A stretch of DNA of 53,635 nt, from NCBI GenBank assembly GCA_963575745.1, contig CAUYUJ010000305.1, positions 62,001 to 115,635 on the forward strand. Direction: 5' to 3'. Below the pieces are notes generated by a model. That model was not told the DNA's origin, searched no databases, and worked only from the letters and a program-made list of their open reading frames with translations. The DNA is from Prorocentrum cordatum. Taxonomy: Eukaryota. Below are positions 23,761 to 36,121 of the stretch, in pieces (position 1 is the first letter of the stretch; each line of letters opens with the position of its first letter). Both the position numbers and the translations under genes were made by a program.

Positions 23761-26700
23761 CCCGCGACGCCACGGGCGGGGAAGTCAAGAAACGCGCCTG
23801 TCGGCAGGGCAACGTGGCTCTGAATGTGCCTCTGAAAAGCCTCAAACGTCTCTGGGCACTCTCCGCACGCCGGGCATTCAAGCGTAGCACGGGCTTGGAG
23901 GGGATGGTTTATGGGACTCAAGTCAGCGCGACACCGATGACGAATGAACAGATTACGCACGTGCTGCTGTGCTATGGCTCGGGTAGCGAACCGGCTGTTG
24001 CACCGCGCGCACGCATTGGTGACAGTGAGGGTGCTGCTCAGGGCGCGGTGCCCATGCGTGCCGCCACGTGCAAACCGCATCTGCGCCCACCAACCCGCTC
24101 TATCTGCAAATTCCAATCCGCATCTTTGCCGCCCTTCCGTCATCTCCATGCACCGCCATACTTGCTCACGCGGACCCCCTTCAGGATCGAGGTCAGCAGG
24201 AGGAGGGGGAGGAGGAGGAGGAGGTGCGACGCCCATCGGTGCAACTTGAACCGCCCAATACTTGGATCGCAAAGTTGAGAAATCCAACCGACATAAATCT
24301 TCCACAAACTCATCGTCAAAAATGCGCAAGACCTCCCCGCCCATCTGGTCCAGCAGGCTCGCACCATCGTCGAATTGATCAATGCTCAAGATGTCGCGCT
24401 CCACCTGGAATGCCCAGGGATTGCCATGATAAGTGCCGTCCGGATCACGATCAAGTTTTCTGCCGTCGAGGGTGGGGCGCGCGTCGGTGGCCAATGTGCC
24501 GAATAGCGCCGCCCGGACCTGGATGCTCTGATCAGGACGCCGCACAATCGACTGACGCCACTTGAGGCGACGAACTCGTAGTTCCAGCTCCGTCGGGGCC
24601 ATCTTCAACAGAGTCCAGATCTCTGTGGCCGTCTTACAGATGTGTTTGGTAGTTTCATCCGCCTGTGGTATCTTTTTTACCGCATCCCTATGCAAGATCT
24701 GTTTGCCCCAATGGAGGAGAAGAGAATCAATGGTCTCGAAATCTACGGGCAGCAACATATACGCTTCCAGTCCACTGAGGGCTGCAGATTGGACACGGGC
24801 CTCAAAGACTAATAGACGTATTCGACGGGGGACCCCTTTAGCGTGCCAGAAGCGCTCCATGGAGTACCACCCACGCCGCATATTGCTTTTGAGGCGATGG
24901 CGTTGTTTGGCTGTGTTCAGGTTGCCAGTGAATTGAACCCTCAAGTAGGCGGCATCTGCGCTCACTCGACCGGCCACTGGAACGTCTCCGTTGAAGAAGG
25001 CGCGATGACGACCAGCTGCTCCGCGACCCACGAATCTGACCTCAATCTGCTGCTTCGCCAAGTTGTGAGCGCCGCCGACAGAACCAAGAAGCTCATCAAG
25101 CTTGGTGCTCGCTGCCTGGATCCGCGAGAGCAGGACGTCCACAGTAGGCGCAACCAGCTAGCGAGTGATGTCATTTACAAAAACTGAGGTCGACAGATCC
25201 ACGGCCGTGCCAGTGAACGGATCTGTGCACTCAAGACTAGTTCCCCCTGGGAGTTGCTGGAGAAAAACGAACCAAGCGTACCGCACCGTGCGCAACAAAA
25301 TCCAGATGTATTTGAGAGGGGCGCTCTGGTGGCCCTGGAGAACACTCTCCCCAATCTTGAAATGGCACGGGCCGTCAACCGCATCAAGGGTAATATAGCT
25401 CTCGTGATTTGTTTGATAACCAAACGGCTGATCATGCCGGGATAAAAACAGCCGGTCGGTTTCATCAAACGTGTCAAGGCGCAGGCTACCAAACGCGTTG
25501 GTCTGATCATAAAACACTGTGGCGTGACTGATGCAATTTTTTGTGAGTCTCCAACTGCTGATGCGCTGGGCGAGCATGGCGGCCTCGCGCCGCCTATGGC
25601 GAAGACCACCGTGCAAGCAAGCTAGGATGATGCGATCAGGGGCGCTCCGATTGCCCTGCACCGTCAGCCATTTTGAAAATGCTCTGCTAGCAGGGCACAT
25701 GAAATGGATGACTCTGATAGCCTTCATTTTTACCGCAGGGCCAGGCTTGGGTAAACACGCCGCCCAAGGGTGACACCAGTCGACCGGCATCTTGGACACT
25801 CCCCGCACCATCCAAAGCACCCCTCGAAACCGGCGCTGAAAAGATGGAAGATCAGGGGGAGGGGAGCGAAACCCAAGACCTCCCCGGCGAAAGCGGCGCC
25901 GCTCCATGTTGGGGGCCAGGAGCATTCGCAAGATCTCCGTGGGAAGGCTCCACGGGGGGCAGCTCTTTCGGAGAGGTATCCTAACTATGGAGCGCACAAT
26001 GCCGTCTAAATCATCGGTGGCGTCACTCATGTAATTAGGAGGGTAATTTTGGCGCCCTGGGCCCCGGGGTGGCGGGGTCTCAAGAAGGCCAAGAAGATCA
26101 ACACTAACCGCACTTTGGCCTCCTTGAGTCCCCGCCTGTCCGAAGTGCCGCTCCCACTCAGCACGTGCGGGGCGATATTGAACAGGGACATTATAATGTC
26201 GTCGCCCAGGGCCCACGGACGCGGCAGCTATTCGACGGGAAATGCGGCTCACATCTGCGAGGCGTCGGGCCTGCCACGCATCGCGAAACTGATGCACTAA
26301 TTCATCCAGCTTTCGATAGGCGGCGGCACGCTTGAATTGACGGATCCTTTTTGTGAGACAAGAAATCTGCCGAGTCAGGGCGCCAAGGGAAACGAGCTGC
26401 TCGTCATCAAGATCGTCGAGCCGCTGGCGAAGAACAGCACGCTCACGCAAAAGCTCACGAAGACGGACACGATCCTGATCATGCAACTGCTCTCGAGAAC
26501 CGTGCTGATTGGAGTGTCGAAGGGCCACTACGTGGACATCCTGAACAAAAGTACGCCACGCAGCATCCGGGGTCGAGCTGTCATCGTGTCCCACCCACGC
26601 GTGGAAAGTGCGACGACATAGCGTTTCGACCTCTACGAGAAAGTCCTCCTTGCCCTCCCCATCCACAGCGGCAGCTACCAGTTTGCCCAAATTCCAGGAC

Positions 26701-26795
26701 GCAGCTTTGGTGACCGTGACACGCGGGAATTCCAACAAGTACCAGACTACGATCTGCAATGGCCAGTGGTCCCATCGACGGCGCGTAGGCACCAT
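23502..26795 (-). pseudogene. LINE-A reverse transcriptase and C-terminal zinc-finger region (interrupted)
   Basis: LPKPG..IRVI, FYDQTNAFGSL, VLQGHQSAP, VFVNDI (YADD box decayed), stop at ~25158; then CARC..H and CPACGEC...HIQSH C2H2-like fingers. Confidence 0.88.
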
Positions 26796-26849
26796 CTGAA
26801 ATGCCCGACCCTCGCGCGGTAGAATCCTGGAACTCTGAAGTGCAGAGAG

Positions 26850-27513
26850 TCACGAGCGAGGACCACCGAGATAATCGATGCGGGTGTTGGCGTTGTTGCC
26901 ATAGAACGTGTTCTGCCCACCCATAAATGTACTCAGCAGGCACAGGTTGTACTGATCCATGAAATCCCTGAGCTGTGTCATGGCATTGTGCTCCTGGGCG
27001 GGGTAGACGGGGCCTACGGGGCTCGGATCCTGGACTATGGTGTTGGCCATCCAGATGCCCGCGTAGTCATTGATGTCCCCTCCGAAGACGATGGAGGCCC
27101 GAGCTGGTAGTTCAGAGCACGTTTTGTTCAACCAGGCCAGGATCTCCTTAATCGTGCGCTGGTAGGCGGAGAACTTGCGAGCTACTGATGGCCTGGGGGG
27201 GAGGTACACGACGAAGCATGCAAGATGGAATCTCCCACTGCGTAGCATCACTCCTCCGACACGGCCTTGAATCGAAGACGGGGGACTGCACACAGCTGCA
27301 ATGTGACGCAGACAAAATCGACGTTTCAGCATCCGTATCTGAACTCCGCAGCGGGCGCCTGAAAAGGGTGCAGTACTCCAGCCCCAGTTGAGAATATGGC
27401 AGTGCTCATCCATGATCGAAGTGCACTCGCCGTCCGTGGCTCGCCGGCGAAGCCTTGTGCCCGTGATGAACTGGATGTCAGGCCAACAGCTGTACGCGGC
27501 GCTGACCTCCTGC
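26850..27513 (-). pseudogene. LINE-A apurinic/apyrimidinic-type (EEP) endonuclease domain
   Basis: VYLPP, GGDIND, TFYG..TRIDYL; the DH motif (WDHWPL) follows after a frameshift. Confidence 0.85.
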
Positions 27514-27933
27514 AGGAGGAGGAGGAGGAGGAGGAGGAGGAGGCCGCCACTCAATGCAACAGTGGCCCACGCCTCGCGATGCTAGGAACACCTTAGGTAA
27601 CCGCGAAATGCAATCATTATGTAAGAGGGTGGGAAGGGGGGCGGGGGCGATTGGCGGCGCGCACAGGGGGGGCATTCGGAAGGAAGGAGGACTTCTTGAA
27701 AGCAGGGGTGCTTTTTACAATCAACCTGTATGACAAGGACGCACGAGAAAGATGCAAGGGCCTCGCAAGGCCATGCCGACAGTTTGCGACCGGCGCGCGG
27801 TCCGCGAAAGCGGCCAGGGATGGGCCGAAGGGGCAGGATGCAAAGGTAACCTTGGAAAGCCGCTCACCCTTACTATGCGCGTTGACTGTACCCCCCTCGC
27901 CATCGCTCGGACATCCATTCCCCGCACATTCAG

Positions 27934-28115
27934 GTCAGGCATGTCTCCCTACCTACAGGCGGATTTTGAAGGGAAGGATGAAACATAGTTTTCTTCTTCC
28001 AGACCAAAAGAAAACTAAAATTCAACAATGATCGAACGAATAATTGACAAGTCGTCCCCATAATATGTGTGAAAACTAGTTTTGAATATCCCTCCTGTAG
28101 GGGGACATGCCAGAC
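27934..28115. mobile_element. MITE-like element with GC-rich inverted ends and an AT-rich core; relatives at ~10663-10821 and ~32153-32309
   Basis: gtcaggcatgtctccct..cctacagg / cctgtagggggacatgccagac. Confidence 0.6.
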
Positions 28116-28320
28116 GTAGCCGTGCATATCTCGATCTCGTGCGCGATTCGTTTCGCACCGCTGGCCCCAACATTAGGAGGCAACTGCTGGGAGGTTTTCG
28201 TCGGAAAGATTAGGGAAGATTAAACGCAATTTGAGAGCTGTTGCGCCGGAAAGGGCCTCGGACCAAGCAGGATTAAGCCGGATTGCGCGGGATTGAGCGG
28301 GGTTGAGCGGGATTGAACTT

Positions 28321-28446
28321 GCCGTCGCTCGGACGTCCATTTCCCGTGCATTTTTCTGTTTCGTGCGTGTTTTTTTTTTGCTCGATGGTCCAAGGTGGTC
28401 CTCGAGTGTGCTCGCCGAGGAAAAAGGTACACGTCCGAGCGATGCC
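28321..28446. mobile_element. ~125-bp MITE-like family; copies at ~8543-8672, ~10381-10511, ~28810-28933 and ~36628-36751
   Basis: Inverted ends gtcgctcggacgt / acgtccgagcgat with a shared interior (ctcgatgg..ctcgccgag..aaaa). Confidence 0.7.
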
Positions 28447-29541
28447 AAGTAAACTGGATTTAGCCGGATTTCGGACTAGGGCAACATCGGAATTCGACCT
28501 CCCAGGAGCTGCACCCCAACCAGCGCGTGCCCTCTGACGGCCCTCGCCGGGGAAGAAAAGCAACCAAGACTGCACCGCACGACCGAGCGATGTGCCGAGC
28601 CTCGGCGCGTGGCCGAGGCTCGGCAGCGAGTGCGAGGGGGGGGAGGGGGAGGGGGAGGGGGAGGAGGATGCGGATGATGATGAGGAGGAGGAGGAGGAGG
28701 GAGGAGGAGGAGGAGGAGGAGGGAGGAGGAGGAGGAGGATGAGGAGGAGGAGGGAGGAGGAGGGGGAGAGGAGGAGGAGGAGGAGGAGTGGCAGGGAAAG
28801 AAGAACTCCCCGTCGCTCGGAGGTCCATTCCCTGTGTTTTTGCTCGGTTTCGTGCGTGGTCTTTTCGCCAGGTGGTCAAGGATGCTCCTCGAAGGTCCTC
28901 GCCGAGAAAAAATGCACACGTCCGAGCGATGCCAGGGGAATGCCTTCGCGGAAGGGAGCGGGGCTCGTCGGAAGCCCTCCGGCCCTCTGAGAGGTGTTCA
29001 TTATCTTGCGCAGCTGTGTTTTAGATCTCGGACCTCTTTATTATCGCTCGTCGTTCGTCGTTCGTCATCCCCCCTGGCCAGGGAGGAAACTCCTGGAGGA
29101 AGGAGGCGAAGACCTCCTGTCCCTCGCAGCTCCTTGGTGCAAGAGCCAAGGCACGCGTGCCACTTGTTTCTGTGTCTTCGGGGAAGGCTTAGGAAACTTC
29201 TCAGAAGGCCCGGGGGCTTCCAAGCCTTCTGAGAGTATTGAAAAGCTTGCTTCCAAGCCTTCCTCGGCTTCCAAGCGCGCCATGAACACAAACTTTTGGC
29301 GCTCCGCGAGGACTTCTTGGATCTGCGCTGGACCCCCCGGGGCGGCGCCCGAGGCGCCGCCAGGGGGCCCCAGCGCGAATCCAAGGAATCCGCGCGGAAC
29401 GCCACGAGTTTAGGTTATGGCGTTTTCTCTTCTTCGATCCTCACTTCCCCCCCTCGCTCGCCGCCGGGAGACTTTGTCGTGGCACCGCCAGGGGGCCCCG
29501 GCGAGGCACCGCCCGCAGCAGGAGGCCCCCGTCCCCGGGTC

Positions 29542-29682
29542 CTGCTCCAGCTCCTCGCGCCCCCGCGCGCCGCAGTGCTCGGAGAGGCGCGCCACGAGCG
29601 GGTCCTCCCGGAGGCTCAGGTCGTCCAGCTCGCCGGCGAGCTCCCGCGCCCACCACGCGAGCAGGAGCAACGACGAGGCGAC
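29542..29682 (-). CDS. Candidate upstream exon (VASSLLLLAWWARELAGELDDLSLREDPLVARLSEHCGARGREELEQ), possibly the membrane anchor/stem of the phosphatase-like gene
   Basis: AG acceptor and GC3-rich codons. A GA donor (phase 0) fits an exon start at 12182, and the alternative GT donor after 29510 (phase 2) fits 12198. Linkage across 17 kb is inferred. Confidence 0.45.
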
Positions 29683-32671
29683 CTGGGGCCCAGGACCCCC
29701 TCGGGCCCGGAAAAGGAAAGAGCATCGCGACGGGCGGCGTGTCGCTACTGTTTTGGGGGGTGGGAGGCCTCCCGGGGCCCTCGCCGGGGGCCTCGGGACC
29801 GTCCCAGAGCGACTCGGGATGAAAAGGCGGTCCAGGCGAAGGGGTCGACCCTCTGGAAAAACCGTGACATGACATCGGGGGTCTGGGCAGAGGATCCAGG
29901 GAAGGCAGCACAGCCACCGCCCGCGTGAGGAGCTATGGGGGGGGGTCATCCTTGTGGTGTGAGCCCCCCCCCGCTCCTTTTCACCGCTCGGGGGAGGCAC
30001 CGCTGACCTCCTCGCTGGAGGTGGCTCCCCTGGTGGTGGTGGTGTCGCTTGTCTTTCCCCCGCCAGCGACCGCACCGGACGCGCACCCGAGCGGCCTTCA
30101 TGGGGCCAAGCCTACAGTCGGCCCGTATCGTAAGGATGCGAGATAAGGATGCAAGGGCCTTGGAAGGCCATCTCGAGGCTTTCCGAGCGGGGCGCGGCTA
30201 ACGAAAGTGGCCAAGGATGGACCGAGGAGGGAAAGATGCAGGGGTACCCTTGGGAAGGTTGCCCATCCTCACCATGCGGGTTGACTGTAGGCCTCCAAGC
30301 GCAATGAACAAAATGAGGCGGATGTTTCTCTCCGTCTTCGGCCTCTGGGAGCCCTCGCTGGGCACCAAGGACGCCAAAACACGACTCGGAAAGAAAACCA
30401 GACAAGGGGAAAAGAGTCGGTCAGGACTCCTGGGGACCCTGTATGAAAGTGAACCCAGCGCTGACCCCAGGTAGCGGAAAACTTCCTATTGCGGGGGCGC
30501 ACTGCGTGGCGTTGCGTGGCATTGCTTGGCACTGCTTCGCACTGCGCGCTATTGCTTGGATGTGACTTGAACGGCTTGGCACCGACTTGTATGTTGCTTG
30601 ATATATGGCTTGGCATTAGTTGGCATTGCGTGGTATTGGGTGGCATGGCGTGGCTTTGATTGCGATTACGTGGCAGTAGTTGGCATGCGAGGCGAGCCAG
30701 CAAGGAAACAAGACCAAGGGATCAAGAAACTACGACAAAGGAATCGAGGAACCGAGACTAAAGAACCAAAGCCATGACATCAAGGAACCACGACGAAAGA
30801 ACCAAGGAACCACGAGCGGGGAGCCAAGGAAACAAGACCAAGGACTCTGGACAAGGCCTTCTAAGAAAACAAAGCCAATGAACCCCGAGCACATCCGTTG
30901 CAAAGAGACAACGCCGACGAATCAATGGGAACCCCCTGCGCGACCGCGCGACGCCCATCGCTTTCTCCACGAACAAAGCAAAGCCCCTGAGGCAAAGCCG
31001 ACGAATGGGGGAACAGACAATCTGAGGCCTTTTCGTGACTTCTGGGGCACGCAGGCCCCAGAAGTTACGAGAAGGCCCCCCGCGGTCTCCAGAGCACCCC
31101 TTACGAGGCCCAGGGGACCCCAGGGGATGCAAGAACAAGCGAGAACCTGGGGCCGAGGAGCTGAGCACTACACAAAACGGCAAGGGCCAGGGGCCAGGCC
31201 CGGGGAGAGGGGGGCAGGCCGCGCATGGACGAACGACGAACACAAGCACGGCCGAGCTTCGGCACACAGCCGTGCAGGAGAGTCCATCAACATGTCGGAG
31301 CTCCACGCGGACTTCGCGGGTCGGCGCAGGACCCAGGCCCACCCACCCCCTGCGCGCGGAGCGCGCCAGGGGGCGGCGCCGGAGGCGCCCGCCAGGGGAA
31401 CTCATCACCGACCAAGAGATCCGTGCGGAGCTCCGAACGTGGGCGGAGAAAGTAGGTTGGGTTCAGCCCCTCCCAAGGGATAACAAGACGCAGCAGAAGC
31501 AGATCGATTCTTGAAGTAGGAAGGCGCTTGAAGTAGATGGGGATCTTGGAATCCAAAATACCTACTTTCAACGACCGGCGTGCATGTCTGGGCGTCTGTG
31601 TTCTTCTCCCATTGGGGGGCACCCCGGGGCCGGGCCCACACCCTCGGCAACCCCCGAGGCCTGCCGAGCGGCCGAAGCGCACTCAGCACTCCGCGCGGCC
31701 AGCGGGAGTCAGCAAGCCTCATGGTGTGCGGGCGGCACCCGCGACGGGGAGGGGGGGGGGCGTCGGGCGCGGCCAAACCGACCCCTAGCAGGCCATCTCC
31801 TTCCGTGGCATGGCCCTCGCCTTTCGAGCTTCCCTCTGGCCGCATACATGCGTCTTGGGGCGAGGCCAGGGCCACGTCACGGAAGGCGATGGCTCGTCTG
31901 GGGTCGGCTGGGCCGCCCCCGCGGGGTGGTGACGGGGCAGCTCCCAAGAGGAGCGACCAGGGGCCATGACTGCCGACGAGCGGGCCGTTGCGCGGGACTC
32001 GCCCAACTCCAGCCCAAGATGCGGCCGGATCATGTCCGAAACGACGGGGGTTCTGCCCGGTCAGGCCGGTGTTCGACCACGGATCGGCCAGCGCCGCTGC
32101 GGAGTAAAACCTCCCGGGAGCTGCACCCGCCGGGCAGGGGGGGGCAAGGGTTAAGTCGGGCCTGGCCCCCTACAGGGGGATCTTCGAGGAAAAATGACAG
32201 ATACTCAAAACAGATTCCAAAATTGTTAAAACATACTTTTTAAAAATAGTCCCCTGACTGTTATTGACTATTTTTGAACATTCCTCCTGTAGAGGGACGT
32301 GTCCGACTTAGGGCAAGCGGGCAGGCGGTGGCAGGGAGCGGCCGAGCCACTACGCCCGCGGGGAGTGAGAAGCAGGCAGTCGGCCTCCTCCTTCTTCTCC
32401 TCCTCCTCCTCCTCCTCCTCCTCCTCCTCCCCCTCCTCCACCTCCTCCTCCTCCTCGCCCTCCTCCTCCTCTGCCTCCTCCTCCTCCTCCTCCTCCTCTG
32501 CCTCCCCCTGCTCCTGCTCCTGCTCCTGCTCCTCCTCCTCCTCCTTCTCCTCCTCCTCGCGTGAGCGAGCGGCGTCTTGGGCTCCCGCACAAGCTGGCCA
32601 TCTGCGGGACATTCGCGCGCGAACAATGCGTGCCTGTAAGGTCTGGAGCTCAATCATCTTGTGCGAAAGTC

Positions 32672-32899
32672 GAGGCCTCCCAGATGGGGTCGGAGTAGCT
32701 GGGTCGGAGAATCGCTCCGCATCGCCGATACATCGGCGACGCATCGGCGATGCACCGGCGATGCATCGTCGACGTCGGCAATGCATCGGAGCGTCGACGG
32801 GAAGCAAATCGGGCTGCACATCGAGCCGCACTGCCGATGCATCGGCGATGCGGCGCGATCCTCCGACCCCGTCTACTCCGACCCCGTCGAGGAGGCCTG
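32672..32899. mobile_element. gcatcg-rich MITE-like element; relatives at ~10520-10660, ~37251-37490 and ~37621-37836
   Basis: Inverted ends aggcctcc..ggggtcggagtag..gggtcggag / ctccgacccc..ctactccgacccc..ggaggcct. Confidence 0.7.
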
Positions 32900-33349
32900 C
32901 AGAAAGTCAGGGGGTATGTGCCCTGGAAACTCGAACTCACCGTACAGGCATCGGCGGGCCACGTCGACTTGCAAAACTCTTCGAGGCCCCAAACGGGCCC
33001 CGATGAGCCGAGACCCCGGACACTGGGACCCGCCCGTCATTACTGTTCCGTGGCGCTGGAATTTGGGGAGGGCGACGTGTTTTTTTTTTTTATGTGGTAT
33101 GACATCTCTTCGCAGCGTGGTTCTGTAGAAGTGTCATCTAACGTTCGCGCACATGCGAGCCAAACCACATCGAATTGTTAAACGATTCCCAATACACAAT
33201 TTTGAAATACGCTCGAATCTGGGAGATGGAGGATGATCGCATTTCGCGGGCGACTGCGGAGGAGGACATGTTGATAACCATGAACGTGTTCTGAGCGATG
33301 CACCTACCGAGGAAGTCGAGAACTAAGCTACTCTTGAGCTGTTCTTCCC

Positions 33350-34447
33350 TCAAGCGGTAAACGAGGAACTCGGGCTGAGCGTGGAGGAGGCCCAACGGTA
33401 GTCTGAAGCGTAAAGCTCTACGACTCTGTTGTAGATTGTGCGATTCCGATAAAACTGCTTCATCAAGCTTGCGGAGCCGGTGCCATGACCTGCTGCGCTT
33501 TCTGATGGGAATAACTTTCGAGTAAGATCCATGAGCGGGTCCGAATCTTCCATGCCCGCTTCGCGCTTCAGCATGTCTACCACCTGCTCTTGGATGTGCG
33601 CGGGGGGGCCCGACAATTTCCCCACGAAGTCGTATTCTTCTAGACGTCGGCCATCGCAAAATACGTGCTGTGGATCGAAATGGGCGTTGTAAAATCCGAC
33701 TGCGTCCACAAATCCGATGTACTTCGGGAGCAGCTCGACCACAGTCTTCTCAAACAATTCCACCTTCTTGCTTTCCGACATGTTGGTGACCTGGGGACCC
33801 AAGCAATCGATGCCCCCGTACTCCCAAGCGTCGCACTTTGACAACCAAGCGGACAGAAATCGTTCTGCAGGGTCGCGCAGGAATATTGCCATCTTCCAGC
33901 CGTTTGCTTTAGAGATGTTCTTCCTGAAATAACTTCTAATACGCTTATCTTTGGAATCAGAATTTGATGTCCAAAAGGGGTTGTCGTCATGTGGGTCGAA
34001 TCCGTATCCGTTTAGGGCGTTAAAGAGTTTGTTGAACTGCGTGCACGCGTTCTTCTCAATGTAGCAGAAGGCCATCTTCTTGCTGGGCACGATCAGCATT
34101 CGGTTGTCCCAGTGCGTCTTTCGGTTTGGGCCTTGAGGGCCTCTGAAGGGGAAGTCGTCGTGGCGAGTGGCAGGTGCCCATATTCTCGGGTGGCTCTGAT
34201 CCATAGCTAGAGACGTTGGTGACGGGTCGAAGATGGAAGAGTCGTACCGCTCGGGAACGTAGAAATCGTCGAAAACCTCGTCGAACGGACCGATCGAAGA
34301 GACCCTCAGGGATGTCGCCGCAACCGCGTGCGCGTGCAGCGCTGCAGTGGCCAGCACCACAGCTCCCCGCAGTAGCATGGCTAGCGGTGCAAGTGAAGGA
34401 GTGTAGAATACGTGTAAGACGGGCTGGGAGGGCATGTGCTGGGCCAT
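33350..34447 (-). CDS. Sulfotransferase (Sulfotransfer_2 / carbohydrate sulfotransferase-like), intronless retrogene with a signal peptide or anchor
   Basis: 5'-PSB-like FCYIEKNACT, 3'-PB RDPAERFLSAW, HFDPQ..C, YDFVGKL, LYASDY; hydrophobic MLLRGAVVLATAALHAHAVA. First ATG after the SL is at 34447, alternative at 34378; the ORF-track start at 34753 lies outside the retrocopy. Confidence 0.9.
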   Translation of the reverse strand: MAQHMPSQPVLHVFYTPSLAPLAMLLRGAVVLATAALHAHAVAATSLRVSSIGPFDEVFDDFYVPERYDSSIFDPSPTSLAMDQSHPRIWAPATRHDDFPFRGPQGPNRKTHWDNRMLIVPSKKMAFCYIEKNACTQFNKLFNALNGYGFDPHDDNPFWTSNSDSKDKRIRSYFRKNISKANGWKMAIFLRDPAERFLSAWLSKCDAWEYGGIDCLGPQVTNMSESKKVELFEKTVVELLPKYIGFVDAVGFYNAHFDPQHVFCDGRRLEEYDFVGKLSGPPAHIQEQVVDMLKREAGMEDSDPLMDLTRKLFPSESAAGHGTGSASLMKQFYRNRTIYNRVVELYASDYRWASSTLSPSSSFTA

Positions 34448-34455
34448 GCCGGCGC

Positions 34456-34476
34456 CTTGAGATAAATGGCTACGGA
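34456..34476 (-). other. Relict dinoflagellate spliced leader
   Basis: TCCGTAGCCATTTATCTCAAG vs consensus DCCGTAGCCATTTTGGCTCAAG. Confidence 0.9.
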
Positions 34477-35415
34477 ATTCGGGGAGGGCGACGTTGATCG
34501 GTGGTTCAAGGATGGGGTCCTGAGGGGCTGGGGTCCTAAAGACGAGGACAACTGGGGTATCGTTCGCCCAACCGGGGTACAGCCCATCCAACCAGGGCTT
34601 GGACCAACCTGCCCCCCGGGTGCGCGGACGTCGCCCTCTCCCTCCCTGAGGAGGGGGGGGCGGAGAGAGGGGCAAGGAAAGGGGTGGGGGGAGAGAGGGG
34701 CAACGATGGAGTGCGGGATCGGCCGCAAGATCCCCTCGCGAGAAAAACCCCACCCCGAGAACCCGCGCGCGAGGTGCACCCGAGGGGAGCCCCGGAGCAA
34801 CCGGAGCGCAGCAGCTCCTTCAACCGCCGCGGGAAATCACCGCCCAGGGCGCGGAGCGAAGAAACCCCGTGTACTCCAGATTTCGTAAAAAAAGGGAGGG
34901 GGTCTCATTTCGGGGGGGGGGGGGTCTCTTCCAGGCTATCTTCCAGGGCCTGGGGGGTCTGGGGACGATGTTCTGGAGGGTTCTCCCACGGGGGAGGTCT
35001 GAAATGGCTTGTCTTGGAGGGTCCAGACCCCCTCCCTTTTATTACGAAATATGGAGTACCCTGACGAGAAGCACGCGTTTTTTCTTGTGGCGCGACCCCA
35101 CTGTAGGGGGGGGGGGGCCTCGACCTGAGCTCGGCGAGGCGCCCCCGACCGCGAAGTCCGCACGGCCCTGGGCGGGGTGGAGCCATCGGACCCTCCTCGG
35201 CGAGCCACGGGCACTTGTGAAGGGCCCCCAGGACACACAAATAAATACACACAGAAAATTATCCCGGCAAAGCAACCTAACAGCGATGTGTAGGAGCATA
35301 TCTGGAAGCATTCCCCTTAAGATTCAGATGAGAATCCAGTTGTAGAATTGTGCTGTTCTCGCAGTCGTAGTCGCATTCGCGATGACAGTCGCAGTGGCAA
35401 CGGCAGTCACAGACA

Positions 35416-35630
35416 CAGCCTCAGCCTCAGCCTGCCTCAGCCTCAGCCTCAGCCTCAGCCTCAGCCTGCCTCAGCCTCAGCCTCAGCCTGCTTCAGCCTC
35501 AGCCTCAGTCTGCCTTCAGCCTCGGCCTCAGCCTCAGCCTGCCTCAGCCTCAGCCTGCATCAGCCTCAGCCTCAGCCTCAGCCTGCCTCAGCATCAGCCT
35601 GCCTCAGCCTCAGCCTCAGCCTGCCTCAGC
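35416..35630 (+). repeat. (CAGCCT)n microsatellite
   Basis: Directly visible. Confidence 0.93.
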
Positions 35631-36121
35631 ATTCAAAATGTGGCCCGGGAATGGAGTTCTGGGAACTCGAAGAACACGAAGTGGCCTACAGTTGGCTCCG
35701 GGCATTCAAAATCATGCCCAGGAATGGAGTTCTGGGAACTCGAAGACCACGAAGTGGCCTACAGTTGGCTCCGGGCATCCAAAATGTGGCCCGGGAATGG
35801 AGTTCTGGGAACTCGAAGACCACGAAGTGGCCTACAGTTGGCTCCGGGCATCCAAAATGTGGCCCGGGAATGGAGTTCTGGGAACTCGAAGAGCACGAAG
35901 TGGCCTACAGTTGGCTCCGGGCATTCAAAATGTGGCCCGGGAATGGAGTTCTGGGGACTCGAAGACCACGAAGTGGCCTACAGTTGGCTCCGGGCATTCA
36001 AAATGTGGCCCGGGAATGGAGTTCTGGGAAGTCGAAGAGCACGAAGTGGCCTACAGTTGGCTCCGGGCATTCAGAATGTGGCCCGGGAATGGAGTTCTGG
36101 GAGGTCGAAGAGCACGAAGTG
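35629..36121 (+). repeat. 73-bp tandem array, ~6.7 copies
   Basis: Unit gcattcaaaatgtggcccgggaatggagttctgggaactcgaagaccacgaagtggcctacagttggctccgg (e.g. starts at 35921 and 35994). Confidence 0.95.

Larger units (their letters stand above)
22245..27513 (-). mobile_element. LINE-A: 5'-truncated non-LTR retrotransposon (APE-RT-C2H2 zinc fingers plus a downstream ORF)
   Basis: APE and RT motifs in consecutive broken ORFs; the sense-strand 3' end is (GACC)3 followed by (CCT)n, and the 5' end is preceded by (CCT)n. Confidence 0.9.
33058..34494 (-). other. Processed retrocopy unit: TSD, relict SL, intronless ORF, 3' UTR, poly(A), TSD
   Basis: Direct repeats ggaattYggggagggcgacgt at 33058-33078 and 34474-34494 (20/21 identical); T12 at 33080-33091 is poly(A) on the minus strand. 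Confidence 0.93.

Noticed and set aside
34448..34753. N-terminal ~100 aa of ORF 33350-34753
   Set aside because: It reads through the SL and TSD into flanking DNA, so it is not part of the retroposed mRNA's CDS.
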